Below, piece after piece: positions 22,988 through 35,198 of a stretch of DNA of 64,000 bases. The DNA lies in NCBI GenBank assembly GCA_054600435.1, contig BAAIJX010000012.1, positions 310,001 through 374,000 on the forward strand. Reading direction: 5' to 3'. The notes below the pieces were generated by a model. The model did no database searches. It was given only the letters and a program-made list of their open reading frames with translations, and was not told the DNA's origin. This DNA is from Neophaeotheca triangularis. Its lineage: Eukaryota. A program made the position numbers and the translations under genes. Numbering within the stretch: the first letter of the stretch is position 1; every line of letters begins with the position of its first letter.

Positions 22988-23669
22988 TGCACTGTGGAGA
23001 GATGCCACGGACGACCCACCTCCACCTCACATGAACCCATTTTCTCTACAGACAGGGCAAGCTTGGAACGTACTGTACCTAGGTAAGACGCTGGATGTCA
23101 AAAGACGAACGTCACCTAAGTATGTACTCTGGAACGCGACTCTTTTCTTTGCCATTCAAACTGCAACTTGCCGTCGACGACCAGAATGTGGTTGGACCGC
23201 TGACAGCTGTACGAGTGTTTGGATGCCAAAAACGACGTGTCTGCTTACCTCCTTGCCTCGTACGTACAGTATATGGTAGGCCTCGACACTCGTGTGGGTG
23301 CATGGTCCCAATCCAAATCATATTTGATACATCTCAAATCGCCCGTAGCTGGCCTCAGCATAAGGATAAGTATGTATGACTATGTGCTTGTTCTATCTCT
23401 CACGTACATTTCGTTTGTTTCGCTTGCAAGCCTCCGTTGAACTGGGCAAATCCATTACCCCCAGCATGAGTTGTCGTCTTCAAGCTCTACCCATACGTTA
23501 CTTACCTTTACCTTACCATAGTTACCCATCTTTCTTATCTACTTACAAAGCTTGGCGCCAATCTGAGACTCGCTCCTGCCGTCTGTCATTGTGGTGAGCG
23601 GGCGTTGTTCCGACGCCTTTTCTTTCATCATTAGGTACTTATTCCCTTCCAAGGTTGCCTTCATACTTT

Positions 23670-23691
23670 TCTTCTTCTTCTTCTTCTTCTT
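23670..23691. repeat. (CTT)n microsatellite in a pyrimidine-rich 5' leader
   Basis: About 7 consecutive ctt units, read directly. Confidence 0.85.
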
Positions 23692-23775
23692 TGGCTTGAC
23701 GACCTTCACATTCACACATTCCTCATCGACGAATACTTCAAGATTGTTCTGTCATACTAGTCGCAACCAGACAGC

Positions 23776-26027
23776 ATGAATCGGTCCAGAGACACACCCA
23801 ATGCGCGCCCCAGAGCCGGCCGCCAGTCTCGAGGAACAGCTTCACAACCCGGCACGAATAGAGGCAACGCATTCCAGGCTCTCTCAGGTACAACAGACTC
23901 CTCTCCAACCCCTTCAATTAGAGGTTCCGCGCGAGGCTCCCACCGAGGCTCGGCACATCACTCCACTCCTCCTCCAAAAGCTCCAACAGGTCCTTCGAGC
24001 TCCAAAGAATCCTCACAGGACAGGTCTTGGAATATAGTAGAAGCACCGCGCAATCGCCGTCGCCCGCCGCCAAAGTTTGATCTCAGACACGAAGACAACG
24101 CCGGGGAGGTTGCATGGCGCCAACGTCAACATCCGGTGGCCGTCATTCGAATCCCCGAGGACCTCGTCATTGCTCTCACTGAGTACTACGATATTGCTCA
24201 GCGATACCATGTCTTTCTTCTCCGCGAGCAAGTCAAATCTGACAAAGGCTCCATCCCCTTTGCAATGTGGGGAGAACCGGATGCGGTGGATGCGGCGAAG
24301 ACTGCCATTGAGAGCTGGGTAGAACAGCACGCGCGATCAAAAGCAGCTTCTGGAGCGTCATCACATCCCAAGATAGCCTCCCTGACACCTAGACTTCGGG
24401 AGATTGAGGCCAGATATTGGGACAGGGAACTCAAGCAACAACGCTACAGGCAGAATCCGCCGGTAGATCAAGAATTCGAAGTAATAGGCGCTTTCCACTG
24501 GCCTATTCAGGAATACAGGCCCGATGAGGTTCTCGGTAGCAGCTTCGAAGCATTCGATCCGATCCGCACCGACTCCTCTTGCTACATCATCTTCAACAAA
24601 GAACGGGCCATCTTCCAGGTGTATGGGGTTGAAGACAATGTCAAAGCCGCACTCGCACGCATTCGCCGAACTTGCTTTCAGGTGACGGCTCAACAACTGC
24701 CCACGGTATACTCGTACCTACTGCGATGGTCTCAAGACCAGGCCTTCTTCCCTCGTGGAGTTGTGCTCGAGTCTTACTACCGGCCAACAACAATCCCTCC
24801 GCCTACCACTGGTACTTCTGAGCCGAGCTACATGCCTAAAGCGGTCGGTGCTGGGGTACCGCAAGAGATGGGACTTACTCCAGCTCAGTCAGCAGAGGCG
24901 GATGTCGAAAGTGCAAGAATGCAAGTCATGGAAACCCTTCGGAAGCTGCAATTCTACCGTGGCAACATACAGATGAGGGTTCGCTTAGGCACGTTCTTGT
25001 TGGTTCAGTACCGAAAGACTGAGAATGGGATGTACCAATTTCCCGAGTACGAGAGTATGATCAAGCAATCTCGATTCAGCGGGAAGACAACCCAAGAGTA
25101 AGTCGACCTTACCAAGCAGCCTAGTAACAGCAACTAACAAATAGATACAGAATTGGCGACTGGGAAGTCGAGGCTAATTCCCTCGCTCGACTACAAACTG
25201 CCAACGACCTCCTCACCCCACTCAACGCCATGGTCGATAAACTCGAAGACTCGGACCGCACCTTCACCGCCGTCTTCACCTTCCATGACGAAGCCGGCAT
25301 CTTCCGTCTAACCATGGTCTGGATCAAAACTCCCAGCCCCCACAGCGACTCCTCCTCCTACGATACCGTCTCCCGCAAATGGTGCAAACTCGACCGCGAC
25401 CTCAAAAACCCCCTCTCCCTCCTCGACATCAGCCTCACAGACCTCACCACCAGCTCAGCCATCCACATTGACATCTCCAGCACCACCACCGTCAACGAAT
25501 CCCGCGTCCCACCCCACCTCACACGCTTCGCGACCATGGTGAAATTCAATCGCCCTGCCGCGGAAGCGATAACAAAATCCAAATCCCAAATCCCACCTGC
25601 CCAGGACAACGCCTTCACCTCCTTCTCTCCCGCCCCTTCCCTCCGCAGCCTCGAACAGCGCATCCCCTTCCAATACGGCCTCAAAGACTTCGACGCCACG
25701 GTTGAGCTTACCCGTTTCCAGCACCGCGCTTACGCGCCGCGTTCTTTTGCTCCCGAGAGCGATCAGACTTGTACCGTTTTCGAACCGCGTTGGGCGTTGG
25801 AGTTGAGGAGGGAGGCGTGGGATACGATGTTTGGGCAGAATGAGCGGCTGGGTGTTGGCGAGGGGACCGGGTGGAGCTTTTTCGAGGAGGCGTGGTTTCC
25901 GCTTAGTGTTAGGGGGACCGAGATGGGGAGTGGTTTCGGGCAGCTTGTGGAGAGGATCGGCAGGCTCGAGGGGGTCTTGAGGGGTGGGCTGGGTGACGAT
26001 GGTGGGGATGCGAGGATTAGGGTATGA
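23776..26027 (+). CDS. Uncharacterised fungal protein of about 730 aa; intron 25098-25150
   Basis: The 441-aa and 265-aa ORFs join in frame through GTAAGT...CTAAC...CAG. Disordered R/G/S-rich N-terminus followed by globular-looking regions. Confidence 0.85.
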
Positions 26028-26874
26028 TGTTTTGAGGAGGGGTTGGGGGGGTGAGTGCACTAGATTGCGGGTGAGGGAGAGAGGACATGGGACTCCTGCT
26101 CTGGGTCGGTCTAGTAGGTCGTAAATAACATCAGACTTGCGTACTTTTTCAACTGGACCTACCTAACGCCCAAGAACCCACGCACATACACGCTCGAGAC
26201 TACATTACAACGAACCTTCACAGGGGCGAGATTTGACCATGAAATTGACAGAAAGTAACAAATGAATACCCGCAAGGCACACCGGCGAGGGCTATGCGTC
26301 TCGCACGCATCTCGCAACAGAGTACGTAACAAACAACCCATAGCAATCCGCGCTCTCTTTTGAGGCGCCTTACATCAGCCGGGAACACAAGCCCAGCAAA
26401 CAAAAAAACCCCACGAACCCATCAGCCATAAACCATGAAAACGCCTTGCCATGCCATGCAGCCGCCGCCGTCCATTGTGCACGCGCATGCCATCCGAAGG
26501 AAAACCCATTCCCACTTTTATCCTCAACCTTCATCGGGGTCGTGGGAAAAGAAACGCCGGACGCGCACGCTGGTGGGCGACAAGTCCTCCGAGCCCGTGT
26601 TTGAAAGAATGAAAGAATGAAATAAAAGGTTGCAGTCTGTGTTCTGTTCAAGGGGTTAGTAGAGCGTAAGGGGCGGTTTTACTTTCAGAAGAACTCACCG
26701 TCTCTTCTCTCCTGTGTATCGCGTTCGTAATGATGAGCGAGCAGCTGTGCGTGATGCTTGCAGCTGCCAGCCTCGATGCTGCAGTCGCAGTGCGCAGCTC
26801 GCTCATTGGGCGCCGTTTGCACCTCTTTCCTCCTCGTTGAGCCGTGACTTCGTGAGCTGTGTTCTAGCCATTCT

Positions 26875-28635
26875 TCAGCCTCGGGAGTATCGCTGCACAG
26901 GCGCGGGACCACCATCCACTAGGTTGTTTGCAGCATGCACTCTCGGTCCCAGCAATGGTACCATTTCGGGGTCCGGGATCTTCTGCAGGTATATGCGTGG
27001 TGGCGAAAGAACAGGGGCCGGCGCAAAGCCTGCGTCGGTCTGTCCAAGATGTCCTCGCGGGTACGAAAGCGCCTGTACTCGTGGGTATGGTAGGAATGCA
27101 TGGGTCTGAGGGGGAGTTCGAGTCGAGTAGGGGGCTTCGCTGGGAGCGTAAAAGGTTGCTTGCGGGCGGTATGCGTCGTGAGCATCCTGACTCGGTCGGT
27201 ATTCGTACTGGTAACGCGGTGGGCCTGGCGCCTCGAAGACCTCGCGTGGTTGAAACCTCATCGCGGCAATGGGAGCTTCGTGGACTCGATGATAATCCTC
27301 ATGTACCTGAGTTCGGCCTTGTTCAGTCTGCGCAACTCCGGGGTGGTACTGTGTGGGCCTAGGCGACGGCGGACGCTCCGGGTATGTTAGCGGGATGTAC
27401 ATAGGACGATATTCAGCATGTGGGGCTGGACGAGGCTCTTCGCGTGGGTACCTCATGGGTTGCGATGGGGCCAAAGCTCCTCGGTGCTCCGGCTCGATGG
27501 ACTGGTAAATCCTTTCTCCAAATGGGAGCCGCTCATGCGGATAGTAAGCCGGCTGCATGGGCTGTTGTTGAGGCGCGTGCTCGTGCCCGTAGTAAGGCCT
27601 GTTCTCATACGTATAAGTCGGCAGCCTAGGGTTAGTATCACTGCGGGCGGCGGCTGCGTGATGACTAGAAGGCAGGTGAGAGTCGTAATCTTGGCGCGCA
27701 TGTTCAGACACAGCGGCAGGCCTTGTCGATGCTTGAGGGCGCGCAAAATCATAAGTGTTCTGCGCCTGGCCGTCGTACTCTGCCCCGGTGACGCCGTTGT
27801 AACTGTCGCCTTTCATCAAGTCCTTCAATGCGGCCTGGGTAGTGTCGTCGAAGTCATCACCCATCCACTGCTTCATTTTCACCAAGCATTCTTCGGCTTG
27901 CATCTCTCGGGCGAGGTGCCAGCCGAAGGCCTTGAGAAGAGCATCGTAGTCAGTGTAAACATGCCTGATATGAGCGGACACGGCAAGCTGCACCCTCTTT
28001 TCCAGAGGTATGTCTTCAGCGAGGCCGATACGTGGGGTTCCGTCATCGTTCTTCGCCCATGAGTGCTTCGCGATCGTGTCGCACGATGCCTCATCAATAT
28101 TGGGGTATAGCTCCCTAATGCTATTCTTGGCCTGATAGAGTAGCTTCTGATGGTTGAATGTCTCCTCGTTCACAGTACCATTCTGGATGGCAGCACGGAG
28201 AGACTTTTCCATCCTCACCTCCGAGGCATTGACGTACTCGTTCTTATACTTCACCAAGTCTAGGTTCTCAGCAGCTTGCTCCACCATGTCTCTGCGAACG
28301 TGCACACCGACGCGAGCAAGTTGGAGTGTGACTTCGTTTTGCATGTTACGCGGCTTTTCCTTGATAAGGTAGGTGGGGATGTTCGCATTCTGCGAAAGTT
28401 TTCTGGCTTCCTCTAGAAGACGCGTGCCCTTGCCGAAACGGAGGAATTCGTAGTTTGGCGGAGGCGTGAGGTTCAAACCTTCGTCCACGCGGTATGGCTT
28501 GTGCTCCCGCCTTTTTTGGATGTCGCGGGCGTTGCTACCGCCGGTTTGGCGAGCATGGCGGCCCGAGGTTGTCGAATGGTCGGTGGCGTAGGCATCGGTT
28601 ACGCCGCGCTTCCTTTCAGGCTTCTGATTCCCCAT
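26875..28635 (-). CDS. DUF2293-domain protein with a long Pro/Tyr/Gln-rich tail
   Basis: IRELYPNI...RIGLAEDIPLEKRVQLAVSAHIRHVYTDYDALLK matches the DUF2293 signature as I recall it. 586-aa ORF. Confidence 0.8.
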   Translation of the reverse strand: MGNQKPERKRGVTDAYATDHSTTSGRHARQTGGSNARDIQKRREHKPYRVDEGLNLTPPPNYEFLRFGKGTRLLEEARKLSQNANIPTYLIKEKPRNMQNEVTLQLARVGVHVRRDMVEQAAENLDLVKYKNEYVNASEVRMEKSLRAAIQNGTVNEETFNHQKLLYQAKNSIRELYPNIDEASCDTIAKHSWAKNDDGTPRIGLAEDIPLEKRVQLAVSAHIRHVYTDYDALLKAFGWHLAREMQAEECLVKMKQWMGDDFDDTTQAALKDLMKGDSYNGVTGAEYDGQAQNTYDFARPQASTRPAAVSEHARQDYDSHLPSSHHAAAARSDTNPRLPTYTYENRPYYGHEHAPQQQPMQPAYYPHERLPFGERIYQSIEPEHRGALAPSQPMRYPREEPRPAPHAEYRPMYIPLTYPERPPSPRPTQYHPGVAQTEQGRTQVHEDYHRVHEAPIAAMRFQPREVFEAPGPPRYQYEYRPSQDAHDAYRPQATFYAPSEAPYSTRTPPQTHAFLPYPRVQALSYPRGHLGQTDAGFAPAPVLSPPRIYLQKIPDPEMVPLLGPRVHAANNLVDGGPAPVQRYSRG

Positions 28636-29679
28636 GATGAACTGCGTATGGCTTTTTCACAAAAAACACGAAATCAGCCCAGTACAAAAGAAACCGTAAG
28701 ACGTCTCGATACTATTGCATCCCCTCCCTTACCGGTGGTTGAGAAGAAAGGAAACGCTATGGTGGGTGGCGACAGAGCACAACCGAGAGGTTAGCGATGC
28801 GAGCGCACACTCTGTGAGCAGAGGTCGCGGTCAGGCTCAGGTCACAGTGCGAGTCTCGGATGAGAACTTGCTACGCTGCAACTTGGCTGGTGGGTTGGTT
28901 GGGATAAGCGCAACGATACACCGTCACAGTCCGGGAGAACAGCTGCGAAAGTGGGACGTGACAACAGCTGTTGCCTGACAGACTGCGCAGCGGCAACACT
29001 CGGTAGACTTCCTCGGCGACTCGAAAGCGCCAGCCTCAGGTGAGGATTTTGTGCCTACAGCGGACTCTGAGCAGTGAGAGGCCACTGAGATGCGATCAGT
29101 GCGTTGAGGCACAGAAGTGCGGTGTGCAGCCACAGGCGCACCGTGGATAGTGTTGAAGGGGCGTGATAGGTAAGGTATTGATTGCGAGACAGCGAACAGG
29201 GCAATTTGCGCGCGGTGAGGTGAAGGAAGAGGACGTATTTGTTGTAGTAAGAGGGAAGGCGGAGGAAGAAGGAAATGGTTGCGCGTGGAAGCGGGAGGTC
29301 TTTGAGCACCTCCGTCTCGGATTCGGATCATGGCACGATTCCCGCTGTTTCGCCGACGCGGCACATGCTGGAAAGTCGTTCTCGACATGCCTTCCGATTT
29401 GGGCACCGAACAGGCTCCTCTATAAACGTCCATCTTGCGCTTGTTTCTCTCTGCGCGCAGCTGCAAATCCCACTGCCGCACATCATCCAGCTCAAAAGTC
29501 GCAGCGAAACCGATCCAGGTCTGCGATCATCAGCTGTTCCCCGTTGGTCCTGAAGCGTGAAAAAGGCCCAGTGTCGCAGCGGGGTCTGCGCTGTGGTTGC
29601 TGGAGCAGCACTGTATCTCAATTGAAAGGATATAAGTTTGCGACTCGAAAGCCGAAGAGCAGCTGCGCCCAGAAGCCAC

Positions 29680-31218
29680 ATGAGAATGGCCGAAGTCGCG
29701 CGATCCAGTAGTGAACCGGCATTCGAAGCCCCATCACAGGTGGAAACGGCACGCGCAGCAGAAGCAGTGAGGAGATCCGCGAAAAGAACACGCGAGGTGT
29801 TTGCAGAAGATTTTGGACAACTTTCGGCGCTGGAAAAGGCACCGCAACCGGCTGTTGCGCCTGTCGATCCATCACCATACGAAAGAGCACAGCAAGCTGG
29901 AGTGGCAGCGCGGATAAAGAATGAATACGAACACGTCAAAGAATTGCCAACTGCGCTTGCGCAGAAGCAGGCGAACGCGACCGCCGGTCATGCGGCAAGG
30001 AGGAAGAAGGCCAGGAATGACGAGCAGCAGGCATCGGATCCACAGATGGCAAAGATGATTGAGGGCGCCTCCGCGAAGACACAACAGCAAAGCAACGGCA
30101 CACCCTCTTCGACAGCTCTAACAAGAATCACCGGAAGCTCCAACGCCAAAGCGCCTCCGAATGCCTACGGTCCGACTCCTCAACGCGATACCCCTTCAAC
30201 GTCCTTGGTTCGCCGCGATACAGTCCGCAGCCAGAAACCTCAATGGCACGCGCCGTGGAAGCTCTTCCGTGTTATTTCTGGTCACTTGGGATGGGTGCGT
30301 GCCCTAGCTACGGAGCCAGGAAACCAGTGGTTCGCGTCTGGCGCAGGCGATCGTACAATTAAAATCTGGGATCTTGCAAAAGGCACACTGAAGTTGACGC
30401 TCACTGGACATATCTCCACCGTGCGCGGTCTAGCTGTCTCCGACCGGCATCCCTACCTCTTTTCCTGCGGCGAAGACAAAATGGTCAAGTGCTGGGATCT
30501 GGAAACCAACAAAGTGATCAGGCACTACCACGGTCATCTTTCGGGAGTCTACACCCTTTCCCTGCACCCTACTCTTGACGTCCTCTGCACCGGTGGTCGA
30601 GACGGCGTGGTTCGTGTCTGGGACATGCGCACTCGCTCCAACGTTCACGTCCTCAGCGGCCACCAAGGCACCGTCTCGTCCATTGCCACTCAAGCCACAG
30701 ACCCCCAGATCATCTCTTCCTCCCTCGACAGCACAGTGCGCATGTACGACCTTGCAGCAGGGAAAACCAGCGGTGTCCTTACCCACCACAAAAAGGGCGT
30801 TCGCGATCTTACTGTGCACCCGACGGAGTACACATTCGCTTCGGCAAGCCCAGGCAGCATCAAGCAATGGCTTTGTCCGAACGGCGAATTTATGCAAAAT
30901 TTCGAAGGCCACAACAGCATCGTCAATTCGCTTGCAGTAAACGACGACAACGTGCTGTTCAGTGGCGGTGACAATGGAAGCGTGGCATTTTGGGATTGGA
31001 AGACGGGGCACAGGTTTCAATACATTGACTCTGTGGCGCAACCCGGGAGTTTGGATGCTGAGGCGGGTATCATGAGCTCTACGTTTGACAGGACGGGAAT
31101 GCGCTTGGTGACAGGTGAGGCAGATAAGACGATCAAGGTGTGGAGGCAGGATGAGAATGCGACGGAGGAGACGCATCCATTGGAGTGGACCCCGACACTT
31201 GGGAGGAGGAAGTTTTAA
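29680..31218 (+). CDS. PRP46: Pre-mRNA splicing factor Prp46/PLRG1 (WD40); start at ATG 29680 or 29686
   Basis: [63 protein letters not shown] and EADKTIKVW; seven WD repeats. Confidence 0.96.
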   Translation: MRMAEVARSSSEPAFEAPSQVETARAAEAVRRSAKRTREVFAEDFGQLSALEKAPQPAVAPVDPSPYERAQQAGVAARIKNEYEHVKELPTALAQKQANATAGHAARRKKARNDEQQASDPQMAKMIEGASAKTQQQSNGTPSSTALTRITGSSNAKAPPNAYGPTPQRDTPSTSLVRRDTVRSQKPQWHAPWKLFRVISGHLGWVRALATEPGNQWFASGAGDRTIKIWDLAKGTLKLTLTGHISTVRGLAVSDRHPYLFSCGEDKMVKCWDLETNKVIRHYHGHLSGVYTLSLHPTLDVLCTGGRDGVVRVWDMRTRSNVHVLSGHQGTVSSIATQATDPQIISSSLDSTVRMYDLAAGKTSGVLTHHKKGVRDLTVHPTEYTFASASPGSIKQWLCPNGEFMQNFEGHNSIVNSLAVNDDNVLFSGGDNGSVAFWDWKTGHRFQYIDSVAQPGSLDAEAGIMSSTFDRTGMRLVTGEADKTIKVWRQDENATEETHPLEWTPTLGRRKF

Positions 31219-32088
31219 AAAAGAAGATGCAGTCAGTGGGATGCGAGGAAGAGGAGCATATACCAAGACATTACGGAAGCGGTGGAGAAGGTTGCTGGGT
31301 GTACCATACTACGAGCGCGTAAATCAAAGATACCCGGAGATATAGATGGTTTCCCCTGCTGTGTTGTCCGTGATGAACAAGACGCGTATTCCATCGGATG
31401 GCCAGGGCAGAAACATGAGATGATGCTCGTTAATTAATTAATCGAGCGCACGTTCACTGACGATCTGAGAGCGGTCGCTGTGGCAGCCAGCCAGCAACAA
31501 CAGAGCCCTTGGCGCTTCCTTGCCTCGATTATGAAGGGAGTCGACCGACACACACTTCTAGGACCAACACTCGCGAACATACTGTACATCTTGTTAGCAC
31601 TCGTTGTGAATACTTACAATCGCAAGCCAAAACGACCGTCTTTCGCTCGAGACTGAAGTGGATACGCGTGTGCTGACGAAAAAAGCCCAGGGTGGACACC
31701 GAGTGGCTGGCATCCCCAACCACCTCTTGCAGCAAAGAGAGCTGAAGCTACCGCAGTAGCCAACCTTGTCACCTTTTCTCCCCAAACCCAACTCCGCCAT
31801 TCCTCCCTCCACTACCTATCTCATCCCACTCACCACCGTCGCTACCGCAGCAGAGTGCGCATTCTAATCCATATCTTATCACAGTTTTATACCGTCTCTT
31901 ACTCGACCCGACCGACACGGACGACAAGCTCCATCGATAAAGTCGACGCCGTTTAAAGCGGGGTACATCTCCATTCCAGCTAATAACCCACCCATCTTCA
32001 CTCACCGACGCCGACTCCGACGATCGAACATTCCTCAAAGGAACCACCCGCCCGAAACCATCCGTCGGGTCTGGCGACGACGGCGACC

Positions 32089-33369
32089 ATGTTGCGTCTT
32101 AGGGACACTCCACGCTCGCTACTACACCTCATAACCGCCATCCTCCTCACCACACCCACTTTCACCGCCGCAAAGCCATATCCCAAAGATCAAAGCCAAC
32201 GGCGAGCGGGAATAGCCTTCAACCAGCTCTTTGGCCGCGACGACTGCGCCGGTCCGCTCTGTGGGTGGAACAATCAACTCTGCTGTGGAGCGGATCAGGC
32301 TTGCTATACCGACAGCAACCAGCAAGCGCAATGCAGCAGCACAGCCGGCGACGGGCATGAAACCGCCGCACCGGGCGGTTACTACGAATACTACACCACC
32401 ACCTACGTTCAGACAGATCTCAAAACCGTCACGGAAACCGGTAGCTCGTTTGTGGGTGGTGGAGGCGCGAAAGAAACGGGTGCAGGCGACGCCAAATGCA
32501 ACTACGCCCACAACGAGACGCCGTGCGGCGATATTTGCTGCGCTAGCGGCCAGTACTGTTACCAACTCGGACAATGCAAAGCAGCGGCTGGCGGAGGCAG
32601 CTCAGGCCACAAGACTACTTACACCGCCCCTGCGACAACAGGCGTAGGCGGCTCGCCTTTCCGGCCTACCTCCAGCTCCCTCGTCCTCGTAACCGAAACT
32701 GCTAGCCCAACGACCACTGTTCCCTTTGGAAGCCCCGTAGCCACAGGCGCAAACGTCACACTTTCCGCCACAGAAGAAGACAACGGCGGCGGCGGCGGCC
32801 TCTCCGGTGGCGCCATCGCCGGTATCGTAATTGGTGTTCTCGCCGGTCTCCTCCTTCTAGGCCTCATCTGCTTCTACTGCTGCCTCAAGGGTCTGCTAGA
32901 CGGCTGCCTCGCGCTCTTCGGTCTAGGAGGTGGCCGCAAGAAGCGCAGAGAACGCGAAGTCGACGTCTACGAGCGCCACCACCACCGCGGCTCGCACTCT
33001 CACTACGGCGCCGCTGCGGCACCCGCGGGTAGAACTTGGTACGGAGCTTCGAAACCTTCACGACCCGAGCGACGCGATAGCCATAGCAACAAGAAGGGTC
33101 TGCTGGGTCTCGGAGCCGGATTGGCGGGTCTTGCGGCCGCTCTGGGATTGAAACGGAAGTACGACGAGAGGAGGAACGAAAAGTATGAGAGCGATTATGG
33201 GAGTTATTCGAGCGACTATTACACCAGTGCCAGTAAGTCCAAAACCGTTCAAACCCCTGATATAAAACGAACACGCAACTAACGACCCTCCTCTCCAGGC
33301 AGCGCAAGCTCAGACGACCGTCGGACGCGGGATACGAGGCGTTCAATGTCGAGGTCGCGACGGTATTGA
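32089..33369 (+). CDS. Type I membrane protein: signal peptide, Cys-rich ectodomain, Ser/Thr stalk, TM helix and basic tail (Mid2/Wsc-like topology); intron 33233-33298
   Basis: Two Cys modules (CAGPLCG..LCC..C..C and C..PCG.ICC..YC..C). TM segment LSGGAIAGIVIGVLAGLLLLGLI followed by CFYCC. The canonical intron adds the exon SSASSDDRRTR...RY*. Confidence 0.85.
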
Positions 33370-33699
33370 TGGAAAGTGCTCGCTTGTACTTTTCTCGATA
33401 CCTTTATAATGCATTTACGGCTTGAGCTGGAAATCTCTGGGCGAGGCGTTCGTTCCTGATGGCGTTTAGCGATATTCCCCCAAAGGTTTTTGTGGACGGG
33501 CAAGTGGATTGCTTATGATAAGAGACGGATGGGTTCGATGATGGATCGCGATGGGTAGGTGTACATACGCCGCTTGAAATGAAGACGATGCGAGGCTCAT
33601 GGCTTTTGCAATGCCTCTTATCTTTTTGATACACCTTGACGATTTATCCCTAACGCTTCCACTTGACCTTACCATGCCAGTGACGAAGCTGTTGCGGAT

Positions 33700-34400
33700 G
33701 CCTCTGCCTTACACGTGATGAAGTTCTTCAGTTGTATATAAAACACGACAACACACCCTAGTCCTCTCTCGATCCCTACTACTCGCAGCTATGGAAAATA
33801 CAGACCTGTTCAGGCCCCGAGCCCCTACACCCCCTATTCTATTAAAATTGATCCCTGTCTTCTAGGTCTGTTAACCGTCTCTCAGAGATTATAGCTCGCT
33901 AGGAGGTAGTAACGTAACTCAATGCGCATACGTCTCTTAGATCGATTCAAACTTTGAAATACTTAAGCCCCTACACGTAAGCTACGAACTATTCCTGACT
34001 AGAGAGGCGCCTACGCAAACTGCACGTGTAAGGCCGGGAGTAGGGGGTACGAGAAGGGTGAAAAATGATAATTATTACGCTTATTACGTTCGTTGTACTC
34101 GTTACACGTTGTCTTCTTAGTGTCTTTCAGCTGATATAGCTAGCTAGTCTTTCAGCGTAATATAAGATATAACGTTTGGAGTACTGCGTTAGAACGGGGA
34201 ATCGCGCGGCCGCTCTTTCTTCTTGTTGCTAGGTTGTTGTCTTCTAGCTCGAGGGTAGGGCATCCTAATCTTAGCTAGGTAGCGTTTAAGACCTTAAGAT
34301 GATGTAGACAATCGACGGCGTCGTACCTAGTCATCAGTAAGAGGTGATTTGACAAGGAGATGCCTATGTGTACCTTTAGACTAAGATGCCATTTTTGCAC
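33700..34400 (-). pseudogene. RIP-like degraded relic (former gene or transposon fragment)
   Basis: Local excess of TpA (for example 34141-34200). A minus-strand ATG at 34392, an intron-like segment at 34373-34327, and frames interrupted mostly by TAA/TAG. Confidence 0.45.
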
Positions 34401-34753
34401 TTCGGGGAGTGGATGATGTAGGCGAGACAGTGTGAGAGCCGCTGCACGACGATGTTGAGGATGAGACTCTAACGCTCCTCGTCGAATATATCGACGACCG
34501 AAACAGTAAACGACATCACGACCTCCAACCTTCTGAATATTAAGAAGCCTCACTCGTTCGTTGCGGTTAAGCGGTCTCGATACAGAAGTGAAGTCCCCCA
34601 GCCCCGAAAAACTACCGAATTGCCCGCCTCGGCAAGATCCGCAGCTTGACTCCGACTTCAGTCACCAGTAGCAAGCGACCTCGCCAGCAACCTCACCTCA
34701 CCACGCACCCAATCTCGACTCAACTTCACACAACACTAAAAGCCACAACAACC

Positions 34754-35198
34754 ATGTCTCTAGCCCGGAGAGCCCGCCTGCTAGCAGTCTCGCGCCCGCA
34801 TCTCAACCTCAACCCCTCTCTCGCCGCTCGCGCCCAAAGACAACTCTCCTCTACCCCCCAGCGCCTCGGCGGTGACGCGCACGAGGACCACTACGACCCC
34901 CCCACCGGCTGGCTGTTTGGCGTCAAGCCCGGCGAGAAGTACGAGAAGGAGGGCTGGGAGAATGTCATGTACTGGGGGTTCTGCGGGAGCTTGGCTTTCG
35001 GCGTGATTGCGTACTGTTACAAGCCGGATACTAGGTGAGTTTTGAAGGGAGACCATTGGAGGGAGGGGAAGACGGATGTGAGTTTTCTGGTTTGACTGAC
35101 ATTCGTTTGTGAAAAGCATACAAACTTGGGCTTTGGAGGAGGCGCGGAGGCGGCTTGAAGCTGAGGGTATTTTGGAGGACCCCGAGAAGAAGCGATAA
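34754..35198 (+). CDS. NDUFB11: Complex I ESSS subunit (NDUFB11); intron 35035-35116
   Basis: Arg-rich mitochondrial presequence, DPPTGWLFG...EGWE, one TM helix, and YKPDTS|IQTWALEEARRRLE after splicing. Confidence 0.92.

Noticed and set aside
8847..23085. Recurrent TACCTAGGTA/TAGGTA palindromic words in intergenic DNA (near 8847, 17839-17856 and 23076)
   Set aside because: These are common low-complexity words in ascomycete intergenic regions, with no consistent spacing or flanking homology.
33640..33660. Telomerase-RNA template-like sequence (ttatccctaac)
   Set aside because: It does not match the Pezizomycotina template TAACCCTAA, and I saw no full template in any intergenic region.
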